Notes under the pieces: model-generated
What the model saw: the letters and a program-made list of their open reading frames with translations, nothing else
Database searches by the model: none
Told to the model about the DNA's origin: nothing
DNA from: Phoronis australis
Lineage: Eukaryota; Animalia; Phoronida
Assembly (NCBI GenBank): GCA_002633005.1
Contig: NMRA01000814.1
Location: 35,846-99,845, forward strand
Length of the DNA stretch: 64,000 bases
Reading direction: 5' to 3'
In this document: one piece after another, positions 49,801-58,946 of the stretch
How the letters are laid out: every line of letters begins with the position of its first letter
Numbering within the stretch: position 1 is the stretch's first letter
Translations under genes and position numbers: made by a program

Positions 49801-52800
49801 GATTTGGATATTAAATTGTGGTTTTGTGGATCCAAACTTTGTTGTCCAGTTTCTTTTGAAAACTGTTGGACATGGCTACATTTAGCACTGGTCATTCTAC
49901 TGCTGATAAATTGGGCTTCCAAAGAAAGAGTCATGTGCAGGCCTTCCCCTGTCCTCATTTTAAGGAATACTTGGCAGTTAAGACAATTTCCATGTTTCAG
50001 AACATCTTGGCTGAGAAGAGGATTGCCCTATCAGAGATGTTGATGCAGTTGATTGACGAGCGTGTCAGAAGGGAGGAGGAGCTTAAGAACAGACTGGTGA
50101 GTCATAACCGTGCTCCAGCTCTGTAATGGGGTAATATCATAATTATGTACCCTTGAGATCGAGTCGCGTTTCAACAAACCCACCACGGATGTTTGCTGTA
50201 ACCAAATCAAATTGTATCTAGTCCGTTCACGTCTGCTGCTCTATCTCTGAAACCCTTTGATGTATGTTCATGAAATTTAGAACATCCGTTCCTTTTATGA
50301 ATTGGATGGCATGACCGAACTTTTGGTTGGATCCGACTACCTGTGTGCTACCTAATAGCAATTTTAGTTTTTTACGTTTTCTTCCGTACCGTCAAAGGTA
50401 CAGACTTTCATAAAATTTGGCATTTAGGCATCTATTAGTGAGATGGCGCTATCCTTCTGCTTTTGGACGGATTCAAGGTATTTTGCACCACCTTGTCTAA
50501 CAACTGAACCACTCTAAGAATGATTGTGAAAATGAAGAGCACGGCTGACGATGATTTTCAAAGAAATTTAATTACTGTGGCGCCACATAGTGGCAGTTTT
50601 TTGTTTCTAATGCCCATGGCTGTATCTCCTAAACACTACACAGGATCTTTACTAAGTTTAGCAAGTGTATTTACATGAAGTTGACAACAGACGTTTACGA
50701 CCTTTGGACAGAGCTGACTACCAGTGTACCCCCTAGTGCCAATTTTAGTTTATGTTTACCTCTGTATCTTCAATGGTCCTCAACGGATTTTCATAAAATT
50801 TGGATTGTAGGCATCTATAGGTGAGTTGACATTATCCTACTGTTTTCGATGGATTCAAGGTACTTTGCGCTATTTAGTGGCCATTTTTGCTGTTTTTGAG
50901 TCTGTTTTTTGGCATCCGCCCCTCTATCAACCAAACCAATCTAAGGATGATTGTCAAAATTGGCATAATATGTTCTTAGTGTGAAGATCACAGTTGAAGA
51001 TGACGACGACAACAACTTCAACTACTGTGGCGCCTCCTATTGGCAGTTTTGTTTTTTGCGCCCATAGCTGTTTTTCCTAAACGCTCACCAAGATCTTAAT
51101 TAAGTTTAGCAACTGTATTCATATGAAGTTGACACCAGACGAAGGTGACTTTCGGAAGGACCCGATGAACGCTGTTACCCCTATTAGCAATTTCATTTTT
51201 TTCCTCTGCTTCTCTGATGTTCCTTTAGAGACTTTTATGAAATTTTCTAAATAGCTGTCTATTAAAGAGATGATAACATTTTCCGGTTATTGGATGGATT
51301 CGACGTATTTTGCACCATCTAGTGGCCATTTTTACTGTTTTCTAGTCTGTTTTTGGTGTCCGCCCCTCTATCAAACAAACCACTATCAGTATGATTGTGA
51401 AAATTGGCATATGTTCTTGGTGTGAAGAGGACGGTTGATGATGATTTTCCAATGACTTCAACTGCTTTAGCGCCTCCTTGTGACAGTTTTGGTTTTTGCT
51501 CACATAGCTGTATCTCCTAAACCCACTGCAGGATCTTTATCTTTGGCAAGTTTATAATTATGACATTGACAATGGACGGTGGCCATTTTTATAATACAAA
51601 TAAACACCCCTAGAAGCACACCGTTTGCGATTCATTCGTGGGCAAATTTTTTACGCTCTTGTTCATTAGAGTAGGTGCAGCTTCTCATAAAGGTGAATCA
51701 TCCTCTGAAGTATGCGTATATGGTAATTTTGTCACATTGAGTGACACAGTAATTCCATACTCCAAATCATTGAACTTTTTCTGTTATATTGTGACTTTGG
51801 AACCTGCTGCTTTAATTATGTTGCAGTGAAATTGGTTTAAAGCTAAAGAAACAAAATGTAATTTGTACTATTTTCTTAGAATTACCTAAAATTGAAATAT
51901 ATAGGATAGTAAAACTAGAAGTAAAACGATGAGAAATATATAGGAGTGTGGTGTCCATAGTAGTTGACTTGAAGGTAAAAATTCAGAATTTGTCTTTTTG
52001 AAAGTGCCACATCATTTTTACAACCTGCGGTAACTAATGTTGCATTCTGTCCAATAGGTGGAGATGGAGCAGTGCCGCATGGACACACAGACAGACTACT
52101 GGCTGGTTCAGTTCCAGCGTCTGCTCGACATGAAGCCAGCGGCCATGATAGATCAGGTGAGAGTCTGAGTAGTCTCATGTATTGTTCGGTAAAAGTTCTT
52201 GAATTTTGGGCAAAAAATTGCTGAAAGTGCAGCTTTTCAAACTGACGGTCTTACTGTGTCTGCATTTGTACAAACTGACGGTCTTACTGTGTCTGCATTT
52301 GTACAAACTGACCGTCCTACTGTCTACATTTGTACAAATGCTCAGGTTTTTACCCCATTGGTTGGTGATGTTTGCTATACTAACCATGCTGACAGGGCTC
52401 AAATGGTGCAGCAGTTTTCAAAATTAACTGGACAACGTCAAAAGTTGTCAGTTTCAGCACACAAAAGTGACTAAATATTGATTTATTTTTGTCTAGAGTC
52501 CGTTTCAAATCTTTACAAAATCTTAGGTAATGCTCCAACGTACTGATCTTGCTCATTAATAATTAATAATTAATTAATTGGTGGCTAGATGCAATAATGT
52601 CATCCTAAACTCCATCAAAAATTCAACAATAACACCTTTTGATTGAAACAAAAGTTTGAATTAACTGCTTAGTAATTGCAATCTGGCAAGATGCTTATCC
52701 AAGTTCTTTTGAAGTTTCTGTAGTTTATTGCTGCCTGGTGGTTTGGTAATTGACCCAATTATGTTGCACACCCATCAGAATTAATAATGAATATGTTATT

Positions 52801-55800
52801 TCAACGTTAAACAAATGTTTAAATAACCCAGTCACATGTGCTTTTCACAAACTGCTATTTACAAACTTTCAAAACAAAAATTTAATAATATTGTCTCCCC
52901 TAATGTGTTTATGATGGTCTCATTATTTAGAGAATGATTTACATCTGGAGTCTGAGGCGATTTAATCAGCACAACAGCGTGATGTCTTTGATCTGAACCG
53001 GCAAATTTTGTGGTGCGCACACCAGTTGAGTTGCCCAATCTCGACCGGTTATGGTGTCAACTTTGTATTCTTTTCATGATTGAAATCCTTGTGACACAGT
53101 TAAAATCCTATTCATATTGCTTTAGAATGTGCTGTCAAACACTTCTCCCAGCAGTGTAGTGAGTTTGCGAAAAGTTGACTTGAGTTAAGTGTTAGGACTG
53201 TTCCAGGAAAGTCATTATCTGAGGGCATAATTATACAAATTGGCTGTGATGTAATAGTAGGGACTTTAGGAGCTACCAACTTGACATGCTATTAGCAACA
53301 ATTTAAAAGTAGTCCATCAAAACCATGAAGTTGTAAAAACTCAGTGTCCTAATTCTCTAAACAACACTTAATATTTTAATGTATTTGATCTTTTGATTAT
53401 TATGGTGAACAAAGAGTCAGTTTACTCTTTAATATGACCATTCTGAATTCATTGTCTTGCAATTGGGAATGGTCTATCATGACAAAGTTGCATTATATTT
53501 AAAGGTTGCATTTTAAAATAGCCGAGAATAAGGATGGTGTGAGAGTTGAAACAGGGCCTCCCCCTAAATCTCTTCTTTTTGGATGTTGCTGGAACGGCCC
53601 TTCTCTTTAAACTTTGTGTTACTTTTTGTTTACACATGTATACAGTTGACTTGCATGTTTGCTCTTAGTTGTATGTTTCTGAAGAATCGCTACATCAGTT
53701 GGTCAAAGTAAGCTTACTTCAAAGCAAGATAAACTCCCCTTATGTCACCACTCAACTTTTTGTGACCATAGTAACTTTAAATCAAAACACTCAAAACTTA
53801 CTTTTGTGTGAAATAGGATGTTCTGAGGCAATAGTCAAATTACCTATTAAATAAAGCACACTGTATCATTAAAGAACGTTTAAGTTTTAATTCATCTTTT
53901 AATTCATGTACTGTGTTGCCCTCTGGTGTCTTCAGAACTAACCACCCCTGTTCAAATGATCCCAACCATTACAAGAATTTTGACTGTTTATGGCAGTTTT
54001 TGGGCTCTAAGTATCGAGCCATGTTTCATAGTTGTGACTCACCATATAGTGCACCCTCTGTTGGTCAAAGAAGAAAACAGAACTAAACTCTGATTGCCTA
54101 CTACAGGAGAACAAGCTGGAGTTTGCTGTGAAGGATATCCTCATCTGTGCAGGTGCTAGTGACTTTGTGCCTTTGTTTGCTCGACACAGAATAAGCATTG
54201 AAACAATGATGCAACTTAGTGAGGACGACATGAAGCAGGTATTACCCACAATTCCATGGTTTTGTTAAGATCTCTTTTCATTCATTGCGGTTTTAGCAAA
54301 TTGCAGTCTCAATCTGATAAACATGTTTTACAGGAGTGTACTGCACTGCAGTCATACACTATATACCTGTCCTGTTTGATAGTACTATCTAATTTACCTT
54401 TAGCTTGGATAATACAAGGGCCTCGGAACACCAACACATGGCGTTTTCCTGTTGCTCCCAACTTATTCGATTCTATATCCCAACAAGTTGGGAAGAACAC
54501 CTCTGTAGCCAATATCTTACACAACTGATTAACTCCATTCTGGCATTTATGGTTGGAGGGTCAGCTCTCTTTTGTTTTATAATTGCTCTAATCTCCATTT
54601 AGATCATATCTGCCCTGACTGGGCTGTGCTGCTAAAATAAAAGTTAAGTTATAACATATTTGAACATAAGCCAATAACATTTCTGAAATTCTTGTCAAAT
54701 GGTGATCCTGTTTAGTTTTTGAGTTTCCAAAATTGCGCAACTACAACCAAAAGTTAAACAATCTATTCTTTCCGAATGTTCCAAGTCGCTCTGGGTTTGA
54801 CTGTGTTCACATGTGGTCTGTAATAAGCCTGGTACATAATTGGCCTGCCTGATGTCATACCAGACAAAAGACTGTGCTTGGCAGTGAACAAAGAAGCTAG
54901 ATGTTATCACACACTCACAACCCTCTACGTCTGGTAAAGTCACTGAATGGAAAAATGCTGTCATGAGACCTCAATACCACAAACTTGCGTGTGCAGCAGA
55001 GCAATTGCCATATTAGCAATGACAGCTTGTTTGATACTAGAGTAAGGATTACCTGGAACTCTTAACGAGTGGCCAGGTTTATGTCTGCATCGTTCTCTAG
55101 AACATGTTTGTAATGTTTAAACAATTTAGGACGTTTCAAAAAGAAGAAGAAATAGCTGAAGACATAGACTGTTTCCCTTACCTTGATTGTGTAACAGTGT
55201 CAAGACATAGACTGTCCCCTCTCCCCTGATTGTGTAACAGTGTCAAGACATAGACTGTCCCCTCTCCCCTGATTGTGTAACAGTGTCAAGACATAGACTG
55301 TCCCCTCTCCCCTGATTGTGTAACAGTGTCAAGACATAGACTGTCCCCTCTCCCCTGATTGTGTAACAGTGTCATTCAGCATCATGGGGTAACTAAGTGA
55401 TGAAACTATTAGGCTAGCTAAGAGTACATGACTTTTTGTGGAGGCAGTATGGCCTATTGGGCTAAGTGACCACCTTCTTTACTCAAGGTCGTGGGTTCGA
55501 GTCTCACTGGGGCACACTGCTAGACCCTTGAGTCATGTCTCTAGCTCAGCTCGGTTTGAAGTATTGTATATTGATCAAGTGTAAAATATAAAATATTTCC
55601 AAGTGATCAGTGCAATGGGCCAACTTGAGGGGCCTGCACACATCTGGTACAATGTATACCAGCACATCTGGTACAATATGTACCAGAACATTTGATACAA
55701 TTTGTACCAGAACATCTGGTACAATGTGTACCAGAACATCTGGTACAATGTGTACCAGATCATCTGGTACAATGTGTACCAGAACATCTGGTACATTGTG

Positions 55801-57953
55801 TACCAGAGCGCCTGCAATTATTTCTATATGGCTTTTTGATTTAGTGCATTTACCGTCTTAAACTGTGATTACTGTAGGAGAGCTCTTCTTTCTGTTTTTT
55901 TGGTTAAAGTAGGCTTTACTTTAAATGAGATGTTGTTAATTTTCTCCACCAGATGGGAGTGCATGAGCTTGGCCTACGTAGAGCCATTATGGCGGCCATC
56001 CAGGACTACCACCAACAAGAAAAGAAGGCTGGAGAGAAGGAGGCGGAAATTAAGGGCAACAAGCTCTCCAGTCCAGTGAGTACTTAGAATGCCTTGACAA
56101 ATATTTTTCTTTAGTGTAGTTAGATTTCAATATGATGATGAACTCAGGGTCATTCATTCACTAATAGTATTTTCTTAGGGCAGGGCTGCATTCTGTAGAA
56201 AGCAAGCTATTGGCTTGTACTTAGGGCAAGTAAGATATTGGCTTGTACTAAGCCTCACCAAGGAACAGAAATGGTGAATTCAGTCCCGCCACTCAACACT
56301 CCGACCTCATTGACCAATCATTCAACACTCCGACGTCACCGACCAATCAGTAGTTGCCATTTTGCTATGATAGGCTAGTATGCTTCCGAGTGTACATGTG
56401 AAACACTCACTGTTCACTCTCGTGATTTTCAGAGTTCTTGCTTGTCTCACAAAAAGCTAGATATATGGAACACTCCCCGGGCTATTTTGAACAACGATGA
56501 GCTTGCTCATTTGATTAAATTAGTACAGTCTCACTTTTGTAATCCTGTTTCAAAATGGGAAATTGTGGCTTTGAAACGCCCATTAAGATTGTCGGAAATT
56601 GACTGTGCGTTTGAAAAATGAAATGACATATGGTCAGCAGTTTACTTTCCTCATCTTTGATCACTTAAACATTCTTTTTAGGGATGTCCTTGATTCTGAA
56701 ACATTTCTCGTCACTAAGAAATGCAAATTAATGATATGCTGAAATGCCTCATGTCTCTTTTCTCAGATTAACAGGAAAACATTGATTGCATTGTTCTTGA
56801 GACGAGTTCCAGGACCACTTTACTGTAAATAGTGGTGGTTATTGTGAAAGTTTTAAAAAGTGTTTATTTTTCACAAAACCATTGAGCACGTATTACATAC
56901 AAAGGTTGAATTCTACAAATACAGTTGAAACACTTCATTCACCAATGTTTTGATTTTCCTGAGAATATTGGTCAGTTGAAATAAATTTTTATAACTAATG
57001 TTTTATCTGTAATTTTAATAAGTAATGTGGGTTATCTTTGCTGACTGATATAAATCATGAATTTGGACCGAATTGACTGTTAGTTGCAATTTTAATATTC
57101 TACAGACTTTCGTAAATCATGATTTTCTGCCCACAGGAGGCAGCTGCTGAAGAGCCCCATTCGTCTGCTACACCAACTGCTCCAGAGTTGCCACGAGAGG
57201 TCAAGGCCAGGGTCAATACAGAGTGTGTTATCTGCATGGATAATAAGGTGAGAAAGCAACCAATCACAGCTACTGTTCTAAGCATCACTTCCAACTATTG
57301 AATCCCCAGAAGCATCGTATAGTAAAATAGCAAAGCAATTGCCAAAATAGAGCTTTTGCTTTTCCGTCATTGTGAATGCCAACAATTTATCAAAAATGTC
57401 TGTTGATAGGTTTGGTACATATCTTGGATATGGCAAGTTGTCATGATTTTGAGTCGTGTGGAAAAACGAGAAAATAAAATTTCACATGTCCACCACGTGC
57501 ATTCTGTCCTAAATTGGTAAGATTTCACCACACTTTGTTGTTTTTGTTCAGTCAACGCCGAGTCATAAACAAATCTTTGATAACTAATGTGGGTATTTTA
57601 CTCTCTCAGGTATTCTCTAGAGCAGGTGTTTTGTTTGGTTGTGGTATCGGGTGGGTGTCACAACTTTGTGATATCATCTTCCTCCGGTAAATGAACAAAG
57701 TGGTGACTGGGATCCCCTATATACTACTAATAAACATGTGACCACTCTTTGTTCTTCTGTTTTCTTCTAGTCGACTGTGATATTTCTTAACTGCGGCCAT
57801 GTCTGCTGTTGTGACGTCTGCTCTGTGTCCATTACTGAATGTCCGCTCTGTCGTGAGACGATACTGCAGCGTATCGTGCTTCAGCACACATACGAACCAT
57901 TCAACCAACCAACAAAAATGGAGGATAAGGAGGAAGTAGTCCACATGGTGTGA
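22734..57953 (+). CDS. LRSAM1: E3 ubiquitin-protein ligase LRSAM1 orthologue, whole gene span, 19 coding exons (743 aa from ATG 22815; 770 aa from ATG 22734)
   Basis: Hand-spliced exons give one open frame: MPKLFKRQSEEAKKR (cf. human MPLFFRKRKPSEEARKR), LRRs, LEYVSPSQFVLP, coiled coil with AFEALQLQKD and DYWLVQFQRLL, SAM domain, PTAP, and RING CVIC..CGHVCCC..C..CPLCR. All introns GT-AG with matching phases; 2232 nt from 22815 including the stop. Confidence 0.97.
23109..23478. repeat. Minisatellite, 73-bp unit, 5 copies
   Basis: aaaattatgcccaataaacactcatgggcatttatttggtgttacaactac... repeated. Confidence 0.95.
23777..24064. repeat. Tandem repeat, ~95-bp unit, 3 copies
   Basis: gaaaatggcggtgtgaagctttcagatacc... 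repeated almost identically. Confidence 0.95.
24540..24638 (+). CDS. LRSAM1: LRSAM1 coding exon 2
   Basis: AKESPDPWYDLSGCELYEVPKGVFSLCKVLQKE; ttcag| and |gtgaga. Confidence 0.95.
24953..25779. mobile_element. Probable Kolobok-type MITE
   Basis: ttaa|aggaaagtgccac ... gtggcattctcct|ttga; short imperfect TIR, degenerate TTAA TSD. Confidence 0.5.
25828..26142. repeat. Minisatellite, 26-bp unit, ~11 copies
   Basis: aaaggaggtgaggtgcaccttgtcct repeated. Confidence 0.95.
26386..26596. repeat. Minisatellite, ~52-bp unit, 4 copies
   Basis: ttgcttcaggagcatgctggacacatataatgttgtttggtgacaagccaacc repeated. Confidence 0.95.
26854..27003 (+). CDS. LRSAM1: LRSAM1 coding exon 3 (LRR)
   Basis: SLLLYNNSVSSL...LRVLDLHDNCLDSLPDNLGTLRNLQ; cttag| and |gtatgt. 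Confidence 0.95.
27337..27875. repeat. Cluster of three minisatellites (29 bp x~5, ~33 bp x3, ~29 bp x5)
   Basis: gttgactgtgctttgtgactgtatgttca; gctttgtagatgcaggaccctcgtgtgaggcat; gtgattggttggtgaggttggaatgttga. Confidence 0.9.
28363..29256 (-). mobile_element. Second Kolobok-type element (same family as 18993-20426, shorter, opposite orientation) in LRSAM1 intron 3
   Basis: TTAA flanks at 28359-62 and 29257-60; same TIRs; internal 28670-28960 is the reverse complement of ~19730-20010. Confidence 0.88.
29801..29885 (+). CDS. LRSAM1: LRSAM1 coding exon 4 (LRR)
   Basis: VLNLEGNKLKSLPDSINELNALQTLNVR; ggcag| and |gtaaga, phase 1. Confidence 0.95.
30315..30425 (-). mobile_element. Degenerate copy of the tRNA-derived SINE
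   Basis: gtgaggagctagagacctgac...ggcactcaactcactaggacaca is colinear with 15385-15504. Confidence 0.5.
30533..39051. mobile_element. 8.5-kb foldback-like non-autonomous element with multi-kb modular inverted arms (LRSAM1 intron 4)
   Basis: TA|AGGCGATA...TATCGCCT|TA; left arm 30533-~34315 and right arm ~36880-39051 are reverse complements built of ~172-bp and ~365-bp modules; no transposase ORF found. Confidence 0.9.
39307..39471 (+). CDS. LRSAM1: LRSAM1 coding exon 5 (LRR)
   Basis: NKLKCLPTTISEMKSLRTFDISENNIHSLPQRLCFVRTLEHVMLDTDIMQYPSK; ttcag| and |gtagta. Confidence 0.94.
39608..39902. repeat. Minisatellite, 25-bp unit, ~11 degenerate copies, resuming at ~40790-40825
   Basis: gttttatgacatctaaagtattgca repeated. 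Confidence 0.9.
39903..40790 (+). mobile_element. 5'-truncated Penelope-like retroelement (GIY-YIG endonuclease) with an inverted terminal copy
   Basis: IPYVQGLSDRL...VKD...GETKQSI..QHR..AIFSHLCATGHDFD..VTILDCEEDWFRRGVKEA...PSLNK (40145-40610); 39903-40145 is the reverse complement of ~40500-40753. Confidence 0.88.
41017..41183 (+). CDS. LRSAM1: LRSAM1 coding exon 6
   Basis: DVCIKGTKEIMQFLCSQCGLEYVSPSQFVLPLLDG...NLPK; tgcag| and |gtgaga. Confidence 0.95.
41768..41800 (+). CDS. LRSAM1: LRSAM1 coding exon 7 (33-nt small exon)
   Basis: ETTIQQYEKVK (cf. human FSDYEKRK); ttctag| and |gtagga, phase 0/0. Confidence 0.88.
42286..42484. repeat. Minisatellite, ~28-bp unit, 7 copies
   Basis: atggtcttatactgtgtagtggggagtg repeated. 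Confidence 0.95.
42981..43103 (+). CDS. LRSAM1: LRSAM1 coding exon 8 (coiled coil)
   Basis: EQKRLERLELERRLEEEQRCQAELSAIARARQKDLLDDVAQ; cctag| and |gtaaag. Confidence 0.95.
43782..43869 (+). CDS. LRSAM1: LRSAM1 coding exon 9
   Basis: EQCRLMEGLSNLQQQKDVDRQKMVAALQQ; tccag| and first |gtaagt, phase 1. Confidence 0.93.
43858..43990 (+). repeat. Perfect 19-bp x7 tandem repeat spanning the exon 9 splice donor
   Basis: ctctgcaacaaa|gtaagtc x7. Confidence 0.97.
44591..44758 (+). CDS. LRSAM1: LRSAM1 coding exon 10
   Basis: IERGASDVIQQLLDMSEKARHNEALLEAMERERIEAEQWFIVREEEQANLRKQEIL; ttcag| and |gtcagt. Confidence 0.94.
45343..45442 (+). CDS. LRSAM1: LRSAM1 coding exon 11
   Basis: VNMEKILEENRLFEAIFSSYMSNQSETVRRAQES; tatag| and |gtgagt, phase 1/2. 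Confidence 0.92.
46022..46171. repeat. Minisatellite, 37-bp unit, 4 copies
   Basis: cctgtgtttgcaggcatgtgattcctaggttagcata repeated. Confidence 0.95.
46231..46318 (+). CDS. LRSAM1: LRSAM1 coding exon 12
   Basis: LINENNMIQGVLSSKQAQQSMFLDKIVAE; tgcag| and |gtaact, phase 2/0. Confidence 0.92.
46388..47388. mobile_element. Probable ~1-kb TIR element
   Basis: ttgcgagttt...tgtgatgtcaccggaaaaggggcaaaa is mirrored by ttttgccccacttcccgtgacgtcaca...aaactcgcaa; CpG-rich relative to the host intron. Confidence 0.55.
47921..48076 (+). CDS. LRSAM1: LRSAM1 coding exon 13
   Basis: EKWQRQAFEALQLQKDCKHQRITGQIELIEYELAQLTLVEVERRQMKVDTEM; tttag| and |gtgagg. Confidence 0.95.
48070..48398 (+). repeat. Minisatellite, ~36-bp unit, ~9 copies, starting at the exon 13 donor
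   Basis: agagatg|gtgaggggttactg... grading into tgtagagggagctgtgaggtgttactggctttggtt. Confidence 0.9.
48990..49523. repeat. Minisatellite, 19-bp unit, ~27 copies
   Basis: attaattggacaatatacc repeated. Confidence 0.97.
49591..49772. repeat. Minisatellite, 34-bp unit, ~5 copies
   Basis: catgtactgtaaattgtatcagtattgattttgg repeated. Confidence 0.95.
50001..50096 (+). CDS. LRSAM1: LRSAM1 coding exon 14
   Basis: NILAEKRIALSEMLMQLIDERVRREEELKNRL; ttcag| and |gtgagt. Confidence 0.95.
50140..51662 (+). mobile_element. Element with ~3 degenerate ~400-bp internal tandem units; Helentron/HINE-like architecture
   Basis: Recurring blocks (ttcataaaatttgg...gcatctat, ggattcaaggta, actactgtggcgcc) at ~50405, 50790, 51235; short gtcc/gtct-type tract near the 5' end. 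Classification inferred. Confidence 0.45.
52058..52156 (+). CDS. LRSAM1: LRSAM1 coding exon 15
   Basis: VEMEQCRMDTQTDYWLVQFQRLLDMKPAAMIDQ; aatag| and |gtgaga. Confidence 0.95.
52238..52338. repeat. Minisatellite, 33-bp unit, 3 copies
   Basis: caaactgacggtcttactgtgtctgcatttgta repeated. Confidence 0.9.
54107..54238 (+). CDS. LRSAM1: LRSAM1 coding exon 16 (SAM domain, N-terminal part)
   Basis: ENKLEFAVKDILICAGASDFVPLFARHRISIETMMQLSEDDMKQ; tacag| and |gtatta. Confidence 0.95.
55159..55373. repeat. Minisatellite, 43-bp unit, 5 copies
   Basis: aagacatagactgtcccctctcccctgattgtgtaacagtgtc repeated. Confidence 0.95.
55440..55558 (+). mobile_element. tRNA-derived SINE
   Basis: ggaggcagtatggcc...gtcgtgggttcgagtctc (A/B boxes); colinear with the reverse complement of 15385-15504. 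Confidence 0.8.
55640..55807. repeat. Minisatellite, 24-bp self-complementary unit, 7 copies
   Basis: catctggtacaatgtgtaccagaa repeated. Confidence 0.95.
55953..56075 (+). CDS. LRSAM1: LRSAM1 coding exon 17 (SAM domain, C-terminal part)
   Basis: MGVHELGLRRAIMAAIQDYHQQEKK...KLSSP; accag| and |gtgagt. Confidence 0.95.
57137..57247 (+). CDS. LRSAM1: LRSAM1 coding exon 18 (PTAP motif, start of RING)
   Basis: EAAAEEPHSSATPTAPELPREVKARVNTECVICMDNK; cacag| and |gtgaga. Confidence 0.95.
57771..57953 (+). CDS. LRSAM1: LRSAM1 coding exon 19 (RING finger, stop)
   Basis: STVIFLNCGHVCCCDVCSVSITECPLCRETILQRIVLQHTYEPFNQPTKMEDKEEVVHMV*; ttctag|; TGA at 57951-57953. Confidence 0.95.
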   Translation, partial: STVIFLNCGHVCCCDVCSVSITECPLCRETILQRIVLQHTYEPFNQPTKMEDKEEVVHMV

Positions 57954-58168
57954 CTGTGCATGAGTAAACTGACCACGTGATTATATTGTACTAATCTCTG
58001 ATGGAGTGGCTGGGACTATGTGAACTATGATGGAGAGACCAGGAATATCTGAACAATGCATTTGATATCATATAGTTTCATCTTTAAGTTCCTAATGTTG
58101 TGTTTGTTATGTGCTCAATAGTTGCCATTTTAGAATTGGTAAACTGAAACTGTCTACAAGAACCTAGA

Positions 58169-58356
58169 GTAACAAGGGGTCTGTGAGCGTCCTACTGCAG
58201 TAACAAGGGGTCTGTGAGCATCCTACTGCAGTAACAAAGGGTCTGTGAGCGTCCTACTGCAGTAACCAGGGGTCTGTGAGCATCCTACTGCAGTAACAAG
58301 GGGTCTGTGAGCGTCCTACTGCAGTAACAAGGGGTCTGTAGGCGTCCTACTGCAAT
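58169..58356. repeat. Minisatellite, 31-bp unit, 6 copies (probable 3' UTR)
   Basis: gtaacaaggggtctgtgagcgtcctactgca repeated. Confidence 0.95.
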
Positions 58357-58785
58357 AATAAGCTTCAAGTATCAGTGAAGTGTACTAGGTCTATGTCCTG
58401 CCATACCAAATAAGGAGGCGCGCTTTGCTTTATGTGAGCAAAATGGCAAGCAGTTGACAGATCGTTTCTTCGAAATTTGTAACTAAAACAAAATGTCTTG
58501 ATATCAACAGATATTAAAAATCTTGACAAACAAACCCTAGAAATAGCTGGTGAACAGGTTGAATTGTGTATCAATTGCAGAGAATCACTTCAGATACATG
58601 TATTGCAGTTCGGTCTGTCACGTTCCATACCTCTTTATATGCTCATTGCTTGACTATTATTAAAGTTTGTCAGACAATGATAGTGAGTGTGATTAGTAAA
58701 CAATTGATGACTTGCAAGGATTGATTTGGATTGCAAAGGAGAGTTCTCGTCAGACATTTCATCATATTTGTATTATGAATGGCTT

Positions 58786-58946
58786 TACTATCTGTCATAG
58801 TATTACTATCTGTCATAGTATTACTATCTGTCATAGTATTACTATCTGTCATAGTATTACTATCTGTCATAGTATTACTATCTGTCATAGTATTACTATC
58901 TGTCATAGTATTACTATCTGTCATAGTATTACTATCTGTCATAGTA
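58786..58946. repeat. Minisatellite, 18-bp self-complementary unit, 9 copies
   Basis: tactatctgtcatagtat repeated. Confidence 0.97.
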
